A stretch of DNA of 64,000 nt from Azolla caroliniana (lineage: Eukaryota > Plantae > Polypodiophyta): NCBI GenBank assembly GCA_043228905.1, contig JBHGNT010000005.1, positions 11,656,001 to 11,720,000 on the forward strand, in the 5' to 3' direction. The translations under genes and the position numbers were made by a program. Below the pieces are notes generated by a model that saw only the letters and a list, made by a program, of their open reading frames with translations, searched no databases and was not told the DNA's origin. Below, piece by piece: positions 12,301 through 23,981 of the stretch (position 1 is the first letter of the stretch; each line of letters begins with the position of its first letter).

Positions 12301-12920
12301 CATCGGCGTAATGACGAAACTTCTCGGGAAGTTGAATGGTGGATTCTTCTTTAGTGGTGCTGGAGGGGTTTACTGATATTGCAAAGAGGAACATTTCCTC
12401 CTTGTGCCCTTCTTTACGCAACTGATGTAGCGAAATGGTTGCCATCTTCTGAGTTGACCCTTGGGTTTGTCGACACCGGATTTCTCTTGTTCTCCAATCT
12501 ATGTCTGGGTTATGTAACTCGAACCACGGCAATGCTAAAACTATGGGATGTTCTGGGATACTAATAATATTAAATGATACTACACATGCTAAATTATCTA
12601 GGACAATATTAATGGGCTCTGACTCTTCTATGATATTTCCGGAAGCAATGGGACGTCCATCAATGACTACTACAGAGGCTGGACACTGGAGTTTTCTTAG
12701 GGATATCTTATGAGCTTGAGAAAATTTCTTATCCATAAAACAAGAGTTAGCTCCGGAATCTAGGAGTGCTAGGACATGTACTGGAGGGGTACTTTTAGTA
12801 CTAACTATTACTTGGGCTACAAACACATCACTAACTTGCTTAGAGGGAATGGAACCACTAATGGGCTGCACAGATCTAGGGCTGTTGAACCAAACGACTC
12901 CTATTTTGGCTGGACTTAGT
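9332..12920 (-). pseudogene. Chromovirus pol: protease, RT, RNase H, integrase, chromodomain
   Basis: ALLDSGA, YLDDLL, EADASDFALG, HPQTDGQAER, GPF (GPY/F motif), YEVAAILDSK..YLVDWLGYSPSEHTWEP. A few stops and frameshifts in the integrase. Confidence 0.95.
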
Positions 12921-13482
12921 CGTTTAACTCTTCTTCTAACTGACTAAGGACATCAAATCTGTTTGCTAGATCTGGGCTATTAGTACTATTAGGACTATCA
13001 GATATCCCTACTGAAATAGGCTCGGGTTTAGTACAATTAGAACTAGCGACTATTTGGTTTACCTGTCTTCTTGGCCTATGGGGGCAATTTATTGCAATAT
13101 GTCCTGGTCCACCGCAGTAAAGACATAGGGGTGAAAGCATGCGAGTGGAAACAATTAGCTATGTCCTTGACATAGCTAATTAGCTATGCAAAAAGCTACT
13201 ATTGATAAATAGTCATTTTAGTAAAAAGCCATCATTAATAAATTAAGTATGCAAAAAACTACCATTGAAAATACTAGAGTGTTTTAATTACATATGTAAA
13301 TGAGTGCCATAAATGTGCAACATAAATTGATGTGTGCACCATAAATGTGTACCATAAATTATATATCGAATTCCTAGGTCCATTATGCATGATCCTTTGC
13401 CACATCACGTAGGCCATCTCTAGTTGAGTACTGTGGGTTAGTTGCTACCACTGTTGCTAAACCCTATCGAGTCCACCTGCCG

Positions 13483-14400
13483 CCACTCTACACTGAGGGG
13501 CTGCTACTGTGCGTTCCAAGCATCATCAAAGAGCTGCTCAATCTGACGGGGTTCTCTTCTCTGTGACACTCTACACTCAGGGGCCACTATTGTGCATTCC
13601 AACCATCATCAAAGAGCTGTTCAATCTGACGGGGTTCTCTTCTCTGTGCCACTCTACACTCAGGGGCCATTACTGTGCGTTCCAAGCATCATCAAAGAGC
13701 TGTTCAATCTGAGGGGGTTCTCTTCTCTGTGCCACTCTACACTCAGGGGCCATTACTGTGCGTTCCAAGCATCATCAAAGAGCTGTTCAATCTGAGGGGG
13801 TTCTCTTCTCTGTGCCACTCTACACTCAGGGGCCGCTGCTGTGCGTTCCAAGCATCATCAAAGAGTTGTTCAATCTGACGGGGTTCTCTTCTCTTTGCCA
13901 CTCTACACTCAGGGGTTGCTACTGTGCGTTCCAAGCATAATCGAAGAGCTATTCAATCTGACGGGGTTCTCTTCTCTTTTCCACTCTCACTCAGGGGCCG
14001 CTACTGTGCGTTTCAAGCATCATTGGTAACTGTTCAATCTGACGGGGTTCTCTTCTCTTTTCCACTCTCACTCAGGGGCCGCTACTGTGCGTTTCAAGCA
14101 TCATTGGTAACTATTCAATCTGACGGGGTTCTCTTCTCTTTTCCACTCTCACTCAGGGGCCGCTACTGTGCGTTTCAAGCATCATTGGTAACTGTTCAAT
14201 CTGACGGGGTTCTCTTCTCTTTTCCACTCTCACTCAGGGGCCGCTACTGTGCGTTTCAAGCATCATTGGTAACTGTTCAATCTGACGGGGTTCTCTTCTC
14301 TATGCCACTCTATTCTTAAGTGCCTTCTATGTGCGTTTCAAGCATCATCGGTAACTGTTCAATCTGACGGGGTTCTCTCCTCCATTGCCATCATTCTATA
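13483..14400. repeat. Tandem minisatellite, 83-bp then 81-bp units, about 11 copies
   Basis: Unit CCACTCTACACTCAGGGGCCGCTACTGTGCGTTCCAAGCATCATCAAAGAGCTGTTCAATCTGACGGGGTTCTCTTCTCTGTG repeated head to tail. Confidence 0.92.
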
Positions 14401-14713
14401 CTCAGTTGCCACTACTGTCCAGTCCCGGATTGCTTCCACATTTCGATTTGACGGAGTTCACTCATCCAACGGCAACATTCTACACTCAGTTGTTGCCATT
14501 GGTCGGTCTTGGATCGCCTCCTCAACTGTTGGATCCAACAGAGTGAAATCCTCTACTGTTCGGTCTTGGATTGCAATAACTTTTCTGTCTATTGATTATC
14601 TTGTGTATTGTTGTGTCTAATCTTGTGTATTGTGTGGAATATTTTTGTGTATTGTTGTTGCCCATAGCCATCTTTAATACTTGTTTTTTTTTCTGGAAAT
14701 TTAGGGTTTTAAC

Positions 14714-17700
14714 ATGTCTAGCCAAATGGAAGGGGAAGAAGGGTGTTTAGAATTACCCCTCAATGATCATAAGGATAGGGATGATGTTATCAGGACACAA
14801 CAAGCCATACGAAACTATTGGGCAGAAAAAAAAAGGAAACATCGTCAATTGTTGAAGGATACGAAAGCCACACTCAGTAAAGGTAAGGATAGTTTAGATG
14901 AGAATGTAAGTAATGCGACTACCATCATAGAGAGAAAGGTTGTAGACTATTTCAATGTTCAAACCAAGCACATCAGCAATGAAGAAAAGAAGGTAGTACT
15001 TTATGGAATATGTAATGATCCATCGATAAAGGACTTAGTTGATTGTGATGGTCTTAATGCAAACATATCATCTATTTTAGTAAATAATCTTCGTAATAGT
15101 TTCGTATCCATGAGCAGGTCAGAAGATGATCTTGTCTTAAAAAGGTCTAGTCTAATGATGTTACTTAATAGTGATGTTGACGATATAAACATCAGTGAGC
15201 TATCTAAGGTAATTGGTGTTAGTAGAAAAACAGTGTACAATACAATGAACCGTATAATTTCCTCGGGTAAAGGAACTAGTCTACTAAAGCTAACTACAAG
15301 ATGTAAGCCAATGACACCCATAACATTTGAAATCAAGGATGTAATCACAATGTTTTGGACTAATGAGAGTAGGGTTTCACCCAATAAAAAGGATTTATGC
15401 AGGAAACGTGTTGGAAGAAATCAATACGAGGAGCATCCCATTCATCTTCCTGATGTACCTCAGGTATTTACATTTATCATGGTAGCTAGTTAGCTATTTC
15501 GTTATTACCAGCTAATTAGCTACTAGGAAAGCTAATTAGCTACCATGATAGCTAATTAGCTACTATGATAGCTACTACATAGGTAACTGGCTACTCTCAA
15601 TAGCTACTACCATGATAGCTAATTAGTTAGGATAGCTAATTAGCCACCATTATAGCTAATTAGCTACTAGACCAGCTAATTAGCTACCATGATAGCTAAT
15701 TAGTTACTAGGACAGCTAATTAGCCACCGTGATAGCTAATTAGCTACCATGATAGCTAATTAGCTACTATACCAGCTAATTAGCTACCATGATAGCTAAT
15801 TAGTTACTAGGAAAGCTAATCAGCCACCATTATAGCTAATTAGCTACTAGACTAGCTAATTAGCTACCACGATAGCTAATTAGCTACTAGACCAGCTAAT
15901 TAGCTACCATGATAGCTAATTAGTTACTAGGAAAGCTAATTAGCCACCATGATAGCTAATTAGCTAGTAGACAAGCTAATTAGCCACCATGATAGCTAAT
16001 TAGCTACTACGACAGCTAATTAGCTACCATGATAGCTAATTAGCTACTAGAATAGCTAATTAGCCACCATGATAGCTAATTAGCTACTACGACAGCTAAT
16101 TAGCTACCATGATAGCTAATTAGCTACTAGGACAACCAATTAGCTACTAGGACAGCTAATTAGCTACCATGATAGCTAATTAGCTACTACGACAGCTAAT
16201 TAGCTACCACGATAGCTAATTAGCTACTAGACCAGCTAATTAGCTACCATGATAGCTAATTAGTTACTAGGAAAGCTAATTAGCCACCATGATAGCTAAT
16301 TAGCTAGTAGACAAGCTAATTAGCCACCATGATAGCTAATTAGCTACTACGACAGCTAATTAGCTACCATGATAGCTAATTAGCTACTAGAATAGCTAAT
16401 TAGCTACCATGATAGCTAATTAGCTACTACGACAGCTAATTAGCTACCATGATAGCTAATTAGCTACTAGGACAACCAATTAGCTACTAGGACAGCTAAT
16501 TAGCTACCATGATAGCTAATTAGCTACTACGACAGCTAATTAGCTACCATGATAGCTAATTAGCTACTAGAATAGCTAATTAGCTACCATGATAGCTAAT
16601 TAGCTACTACGACAGCTAATTAACTACCATGATAGCTAATTAGCTACTAGGACAACTAATTAGCTACCATGATAGCTAATTAGCTACTAGAATAGCTAAC
16701 TAGCTACTAGAATAGCTAACTAGCTACTAGAATAGCTAATTAGCTACTAGGATAGTTAGCTAGTTACGAGAATAACTAATTCCCCTTTATTACGCAGGTC
16801 GATTTATTTATTAGGTTCAAACGAATGCATCCAACTATCAATGTTCAACTACGAACATTCGAGTCTCTTAAGCCACACTTTGTGAGACGCTTAAAGGATC
16901 GATACACATGTTGTTGCATTTACCATGTACAGATGGGTTTTCTGAAGGACTCTGTTAATCTACTACGTCACCATAGCGCATCCCTAACTAATACAGTTTG
17001 CACATGTGGGTGCCAAATCTGTCGATCAAGCCCGCAAGAGGAGTGTAAATCATCTGAGCACGTTATCTCTTCCATGAGTTATTTATTAGATTCAATATTG
17101 TGTCCGAGAGAATCTGACGCTATCTTCCATATTCATAAATGTGTCATGGGTTTATGTCAAGATTGTGGCCCTACTAGATTTAGGTGGTGTCCAAATGAAT
17201 TGAGTAGTGAAATATTGATCTCTGTGAAGTTATTTGAGTCAGTGAACACCAATTTCGAAGGAAAGGTGTGTAAAAGAAAGGATCTAGTTCGGAAGATGCT
17301 TAAACCAAGGGATTTGGTGTCTCTGTTTGTAGTATCTCTAGGAAAGTTCATTAAACACAACTTCATTTATTCATGGCAGGCCCATCAGTTTAAGACTTGC
17401 ATATCTGATTTCCCAAATGATGTAGTAGTCTCAGTAGTAGATTTCGCAGAGAATTATACTTTCAAGCAGCAGAATGAAATTCAATCTATGCATTGGTGTT
17501 CAGTTCAGGTAACCATTTTTGTGCACATAACATATTTTCGAGTTTCAGGTGATGTTAAAAAAGTAATTCATTTCTTTATTTCCGATGATAAGAAGCATGA
17601 TACCTTGTTCGTCCAACACTGTTTTAAGTTACATTGGCAGTGGTTATTAGCTCAACGTTTGGAGCTTACTCAACATTGGGTCTGGTCTGACGGAGCTGCG

Positions 17701-18639
17701 TCACAATTCAAGGCTCGACGTCCATTTTATTTTGTGGGGAGGTATCCTGCTATAACAGGTTTGGAGATGAGATGGAATTTTTTTGGGTCTGGCCATGGTA
17801 AAGGTGAACATGATGGTGCAGGGGCTGTTATAAAGCGGGCACTTACCCATGAACAACTAAAGACAGATGGTGTGCACATGAATTGTGCATCACATGTAGT
17901 TGAATTTTTAAGAACAAATATGTCGACGAGTGCCACAGGTGTTTATTCCTCGCAAGTTCGAGATATCAAACGTGAATTTTGGGAAGTGAAGATAGATGAA
18001 GTAAATAGGGAGAAGACCTGGGAGTGCCAAGGAATTCCCGAATTGCGATCTCTGCATGCTGTTCGCGGTTATTCCAGGTTGGATGGTCATTGTATTGCGG
18101 TTAGAGAATTGACTTGTTTTTGCTTCCATTGTGTGCAGGGAAATTGGAGATATTGTCTAAACAAAGCATACATTCAGAATTGGGAGTATCACACTCTGAA
18201 TGATAAGGAAGCAGTTGATGGAGAAACAGGGCAGAATGCTGACTTCACATATGAGGGACTTGGAGATACTTTGAGTGATGTCCTGAACGTTGGGGATAAC
18301 TTCGCTGTAAATGCTGAAGAAGGCAATTCAGAGGGTGCTGATTTCTATATATTAAAGTGCACGGTTAGTAAACAGTGTGCAAGGCAGAATATTGTAGATG
18401 CATGGGGAAATTTTGTATCTGCCGGGACATTCTACATCGAAGGCATTTTTTATGCAAAACTAGATGACTACGAATATGTGTACAGGCTGTTAGAAGACAA
18501 ACCAGCAGCGTATATGTACTCTCATTTGGTCAGATGCATCAACGTCCCAATGTCAGAATACAATAGCTGCTCCGGTTTATACACTGTTGGTGCTAATGTG
18601 TATGAATGTATTTACAATAGTATGCCATGGAATTTGTAG
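14714..18639 (+). CDS. Sola2-like DDD transposase, 2 exons (14714-15463, 16798-18639), 863 aa, apparently intact
   Basis: Phase-0 intron CAG|GTATTT..TACGCAG|GTC joins the two ORFs in frame. Motifs CCCIYH, VVDFAENY..QNEIQSMHW, ISDDKKHD, WSDGAASQFK, WNFFGSGHGKGEHDGAGAVIKR, CFCFHC..C. Confidence 0.88.
15480..16765. repeat. 20-bp palindromic satellite (core AGCTAATTAGCT) filling the transposase intron
   Basis: About 60 units of the type GATAGCTAATTAGCTACCAT / GACAGCTAATTAGCTACTAG, with a higher-order 340-bp duplication (15861 vs 16201). Confidence 0.95.
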
Positions 18640-19114
18640 CTACAAGTAGCACTTACCATGTTCTCTTGTAAAACAAACATGTATTTCGCGAAAACAGATC
18701 AATAAATTCGTTTGGAATCAATTTCTTGTATACAGTCTGCTTTCTGTGCTTCTTTCTCAATAAAATCATGTCTTTTTTGTTAAGTTTTAAGTTATAAGTT
18801 ATAGCGAAATAGTCATCAGTAGCTAATTAGTTGTACAAATGCAGCTAATTAGCTGTACAAATGTATTTACAATAGTATGCCATGGAATTTGTAGCTACAA
18901 GTAGCACTTACCATGTTCTCTTGTAAAACAAACATGTATTTCGCGAAAACAGATCAATAAATTCGTTTGGAATCAATTTCTTGTATACAGTCTGCTTTCT
19001 GTGCTTCTTTCTCAATAAAATCATGTCTTTTTTGTTAAGTTTTAAGTTATAAGTTATAGCGAAATAGTCATCAGTAGCTAATTAGCTGTACAAATGCAGC
19101 TAATTAGCTGTACA
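18605..19114 (+). repeat. 255-bp tandem duplication covering the transposase stop and 3' UTR
   Basis: AATGTATTTACAATAGTATGCCATGG.. begins at 18605 and again at 18860, near-identical. Confidence 0.9.
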
Positions 19115-19307
19115 AATGCAGCTAATTAGCTGTACAAATGCAGCTAATTAGCTGTACAAATGTAGCTAATTAGCTGTCAATAGCTAAATAGTCATCAATA
19201 GAATGAAATCAACAATCTGCAACATATTCCTCAAATTACATAGTAGATAAGTACAGTGGGAACAAGTAATTAAATTCTTCATTGAATAATGTCATCTCTT
19301 TACATAT

Positions 19308-21680
19308 TTATAAATTACCATTGGAAATGTCTACAAATCTCCTATAAACAGCTAAGCTCTTGCTAGTCAGTGGAACGAGTCTACATATATTATCCGCATA
19401 TTGAGCTCGGTATGGAGTCCACAACCATGCACCTAGTTGGCAGCTCACTGTTTGCACCAGGTACTGTTCAGGCATTTCCTCGGGTAGAATGAGACAGCAT
19501 CTCCGAATATTGAAGTAGTGTCGGAAATGTTCTGTATCCAAAATCAATGTATTGTCAGCATTATATTCAGGCCAAGTAGCCCAAAAATCAGAAAGCCTCT
19601 TGAATCTTGCAGCTTCCATCTGCTCACAATTTTCTCGTGCCCATTGACCTTTAAAACGACTTCGCCATTTTGGGAAGAATCTTGCCAAACACTTCCACAC
19701 ATCTGATTTTGGTTTCTCACTCCAAATAAACAAATCGAAGTACTCCGCAGCCCACTCTAGAAACTAATTTGCGTCCCTCCTTGGCTGCATATATCTCACA
19801 CTCATCAAGACTTTATCCAGCTCCAAGATCAAGGCTCTTCGCTCGACTTCTAGTGGTTTAGGTTTCCATTCCTGAAACTGAGCCGCTGTTACACCATTTT
19901 CTGGTAGGATACGATCAATCTCAATCAGCTCAGGTTCGGCTGACACAACTGGTGTCCTTTTCCTCTTTAAACCCCTAGTCGACTGTGTTGGGCCTAGCTT
20001 CACATTCTGGTGCTCTTGTTTTGTCGACTTAGTTATCAATCCTTGGATTACCTCAGTGCATGTAGCTACTGTTCTGCTCGATATCAATCCACTGGTATCA
20101 CATGCTGCATCTACCTGCAACACCAAGTCATCCGTGCTACATGCTGCATCTACCTGCAACACCAAGTCATCCGTGCTACATGCTTGATCAACTTGTGTGA
20201 CCAGATCACTTGTGTCAGTTGCTACATCTACTTTCAAGATGGGGCCCTTTAAACATGCCGCAACATCAACAGTATCCACACTGCCATTGGCCTTACGAGC
20301 AATAGAATCAAACCCTTTAGACTCTGCAACATCAGAAAACACCAACATATTCACACTCACAAAGTAACTACTAGTCTCACAAAACAATATCCTGAACATC
20401 AAAGAGTTTCAGTCATAGAACAACACTCTTCAAATTATCTTGGAAAAACATCATAGAGTTCCATTACATAATGTGGATCAAGCAACAACCAATCTGAGGT
20501 TTTACTTGTCCAATAGGATAGTAAAACTTCATAAAACCCTAGCAAAATCCCTAAGCTAACAATCATATCCAACTAAACAGTATTTCGCTCCACTACGTCT
20601 GGGCCCCTTGACCGAGTAACTGGTCTTGTTCCCGATCGTGGCCCCTTCTTCAGCCTTTTTCTGGTTGGTTCCCCATTTAGCCTTGCTTCTAGGACCCAAT
20701 GCGCAAGTGTGTCCTCCTCCGACAACCTTCCCATCGCCTCAGCAGCTAATTGCACATCTTTTTACCGATGCCTCACCATAGACTGCCCAAGCTACCCTAT
20801 ACATTTCAGGGTCTCTAGATTCCTTCGCTGTTTTGCAGTACTCATATGCAAATGCTCTAGCAAATGAAACTGACAACTCATTGTTGACTGGGATCTCCTG
20901 ATGAACTTTCTGGTGCAGTCTCATGCAGTCATCGTACAAGTCGGCTCGTACATGCTTCAGCTTGACCTTGCCTTTGACTCTAGGCACTGTATATACTGTC
21001 ATCCAGTCTATATCACTGATCAATTTATCACTTAGGACAGCAGGGTCAACACCCTCGAGTGACAGACCATAGGTGTTGTGGAAGTCCTCCTTTGTCTCGC
21101 AAAATTTTGCGAAGTTTAGCACTCTCGTATACGGAGGAACGAGCCATCTGAAATATCATTTCAGAAATCAGAAATAGTGCAAAATCAGAATATGTGAGAA
21201 TCAAAAACCCCAATCAACAACAACAAAAATGGTGCAAAATCTTTAACTTAACCTAATCAAAATCTGTAATCAGAAGTTTGAAATTAGAAACCCTAATCAA
21301 AATCTGTAATCAGAAGTTTGTAACCAGAAACCTTATTCAGAAATTCTAATCAGAAATTTATAATCAAAAACCCTAATCAGAAATTTCAATCAGAAACCCT
21401 AATAAAAAATTTCAATCACAAACCCTAATCAGAAATCCTAAGCAGAAATTTATAAACAAAAACCCTATTCAGAAATTCTAATTTGTAATCAAAATTTGTA
21501 ACCAGAAACCCTATTCAAAAATTCTAATCAGAAATTTATAATCAAAAACCCTAATCAGAAATTTCAATCACAAACCCTAATCAGAAATTTCAATCACAAA
21601 CCCTAATCACTAAAGACAGGATTAAACACAAAAAAAGTAATATAAACACACCTGTTGCTACTCCCCGATTTGCGAGACAT
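19308..21680 (-). pseudogene. Sola2 accessory gene, spliced: unknown N-terminal domain, VDxACST repeats, C-terminal FCP1/SCP (NIF) HAD phosphatase-like domain
   Basis: Exon 1 (21680-21652, MSRKSGSSN) splices in frame to 21147. C-terminus RALILELDKVL..QPRRDAN*FLEWAAEYFDLFIWS..WARENC..KRLSDFW..NTLILDTE..FN. One in-frame TAG at 19764-19766 and a probable frameshift near 20760. Confidence 0.65.
21160..21610. repeat. Degenerate AATCAGAAACCCT / AATCAGAAATTT short tandem repeats in intron 1 of the accessory gene
   Basis: Repeated AAACCCTAATCAGAAATTT units. Confidence 0.8.
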
Positions 21681-23176
21681 CCTTGTATTGGACTCCAAGG
21701 ACTTCGCCCTATTCGATTTTGGGGAAATATGAATCGGCACCAAAGTTCAGACAGTAGTCAAAAAGAAAAAACAAATGTTTGGGGTTTCTGTAACTGAAAC
21801 ATACCTGGACGATGATCGAGCGGGTTCTGTGTTGTAGCTCTCAATCTGCAATGTCGATTTTTTGCTGTTGCGGGAGCTACGTCTGCGTTCGTGCTCTGAG
21901 TACTCCATCTGCGTTCAAAATCAGACTTAGGCTAAACAGGAAATTGATGACATTGAAGTCGACCTTAGATGATGGTGATATTCCCCAAGTTCCACTACGT
22001 CTGAAACAGAAGTTCAAATATTTGAGTTTTTTCATAAATTAGTTTTTCAAATATTTGATTTTCCCACAAGAAAGACTAGCTAAACAAATAGCTAATTAGC
22101 TATGGCCATTTTAGTAGCTAATTAGCTATAATAGTGTTTCCACTCGCATGCTTTTACCCATAGTCGATTTGTACGGCATCCCTGCTTTTCTTCTTCGGAT
22201 AATGGTCCTCGACGACGTGTAGTGTCAATCTCCATCGGAGTCGGAGTATTCGCTAGAGGCGCATTATATGACTCCCTCGGAAAAGGTCTATATACCACTG
22301 AGGCGTAGGTGGGTTCTGATCTTGCCCTCGGCATTTGTAGCTGTCGTTTCCGAACGTCGCTCAAAGAGGCGGTTGTCACATCTCACCGCGCGACTGATTG
22401 CTTCTGTTAAGGACTTTGACTCTTCGGGGAAGGTCAAGAGTAAATCCTTGACGTCGTTGCGTAAACCATAACAGAATTGCTCCATCAACGCTTGATCATC
22501 CCAAGGGATATCGGCGGCGAGTAGGCAAAAACCTACAGCGTATGCAGAGGCTGGACGGTCACCTTGGCGTAATCGCCGAATTTTGTTGATTGCGGTTCTG
22601 ATGCTTTCAATATCTCCGAAACATGCTTTAAACTCACCTAGAAACTCTTCAAAATTGTTGAGTAACGGAGATTCCTTTTCTAATAGTGGAGCGAACCATG
22701 CCAACGCTGAGTCACTTAACAAAGTGCCTACTAAACCCACTCGTGATGCATCGGTGGGATATCGGGAAGGATGCATTTGAATAACTCATCGTACCTGGTT
22801 AAGGAACCCTCTAAAGTGCGATCGCGTTCCATCGAACTTCGTGGGAAGGCCAATCTTGGGTTCTTTATGAATCCCTTGTGTTCCGGGCCCTTGTTGTTGC
22901 ATCGCTACGATGGTGGCTTCGAGTTGTTGCACACGTAACGCAAGTTTCCCATGCTGTTGTTGCGTTTGCTGCTTTTCTAAGGAGATTTGCTGAAGATCCC
23001 CCAGCAACCGTTGGTTTTCTTGTTCCAAAGCATGGAACTTCTCTTTCAAGCATTGAAATTCCGAGAAAACAGATTGATATTCTTCAGCGCTAACAGTGGC
23101 CATGGGATGAAAGAAAAGAGGAATAAGAGATTAGTAGGAAATGAGAGAGACAGAAGGTAAGGAAATCGGTTCAAAC

Positions 23177-23279
23177 TGTCAGGAACAGTACTAATACAGA
23201 GAAGGAATTAGTACTAAAAGAAGTATTAGTACTAAGAGAGGTGAAGAATTCTCGAGAGAAGGAAAGAGTGAGTGAGAGG

Positions 23280-23315
<36 letters not shown>

Positions 23316-23608
23316 TGATAAGAAAAGATATATATTATGTGAAGAAAATGTACAGTAGCTAGGAGGCTTAAGACTGGCGTTGAACTGATTTGGTTCGAAA
23401 TAATGCCTTGTGCCTCCTTTTATAGTGTTCTACGGAATACTCCTGAAGTTTCTAGAATGTTCCAGAGAAATCTGGAATATACATCAATTTTCTATAATAA
23501 AACATAAATGAAAATAATATTCTACGTATTACAATGTATAGTCTAATGGTCAAGAGCTCGACCCATGTAGCATAAGGTCATGGGTTCGAGTCTTATCATA
23601 TCATGACA
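23177..23608 (-). repeat. Chromovirus 5' LTR
   Basis: Direct repeat of 8893-9339, followed on the minus strand by GTTTGAACCGATTTCC (non-tRNA primer site). Confidence 0.95.
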
Positions 23609-23981
23609 ATATGTTGCCGCGGCTTTAATGACTAAAGAAGGCATATGGATTAAAGCTATGCTCGATGAATTTAAGTTATTTACTATTTCACCAGTGACTT
23701 TATTTTGTGATAATCAATCTTGCATCAAGTTAGTCAACAATCCGAAGATGAGTGACAATATTCGTCATGTGGATTTGAAGCATCACTTTTTTCGCAATCC
23801 CATTGAAACGAAGAAGATAGAGTTAAAGTTTGTTCCGACTCATCAAATGTGGGCTAATTTTCTAACAAAGCCTCTTCAACATTCTAAGCACATTATTTGT
23901 TGCAAGCAAGTTGGATTAATTGATGTAATCGAAGATAAAGATGAAAACCTACACTTCTAGAAAATTTTGCTTAGGGGGGAG

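Larger units (their letters stand above)
13129..22159 (+). mobile_element. Sola2-type DNA transposon, about 9 kb
   Basis: 25-bp TIRs GGGTGAAAGCATGCGAGTGGAAACA / TGTTTCCACTCGCATGCTTTTACCC (1 mismatch), 4-bp TSD ATAG at 13125-13128 and 22160-22163, GRG..CYC termini, Sola2-like transposase motifs. Confidence 0.88.
12916..23103 (-). pseudogene. Chromovirus gag (22164-23103 plus 12916-13128), split by the Sola2 element
   Basis: EPKIGLPTKFDGTRSHFRGFLNQ, RRLRQG..ASAYA, PTPMEID. The zinc knuckle RTNRL|CLYCGGPGHIAINCP is rejoined when 13129-22163 is removed. Confidence 0.9.
8893..23608 (-). mobile_element. Ty3/Gypsy chromovirus (Tcn1/Tf1-sushi-like) nested in Copia-1 RNase H
   Basis: LTRs at 8893-9339 and 23177-23608, TSD ATATG at 8888-8892 and 23609-23613, PPT AAGGGGGGATAG at 9340-9351, C-terminal chromodomain. 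Confidence 0.95.

Noticed and set aside
13509-14319. Cluster of short repeated ORFs
   Set aside because: Translation artefacts of the 83/81-bp minisatellite.
21160-21610. Interstitial telomere
   Set aside because: AAACCCTA motifs are isolated within longer AATCAG repeats, not tandem (CCCTAAA)n.
13124-22163. 5-bp TSD CATAG implying a different transposon superfamily
   Set aside because: Formally possible, but it makes the termini asymmetric. 4-bp ATAG gives symmetric GGGT..ACCC ends and agrees with the Sola-type transposase.
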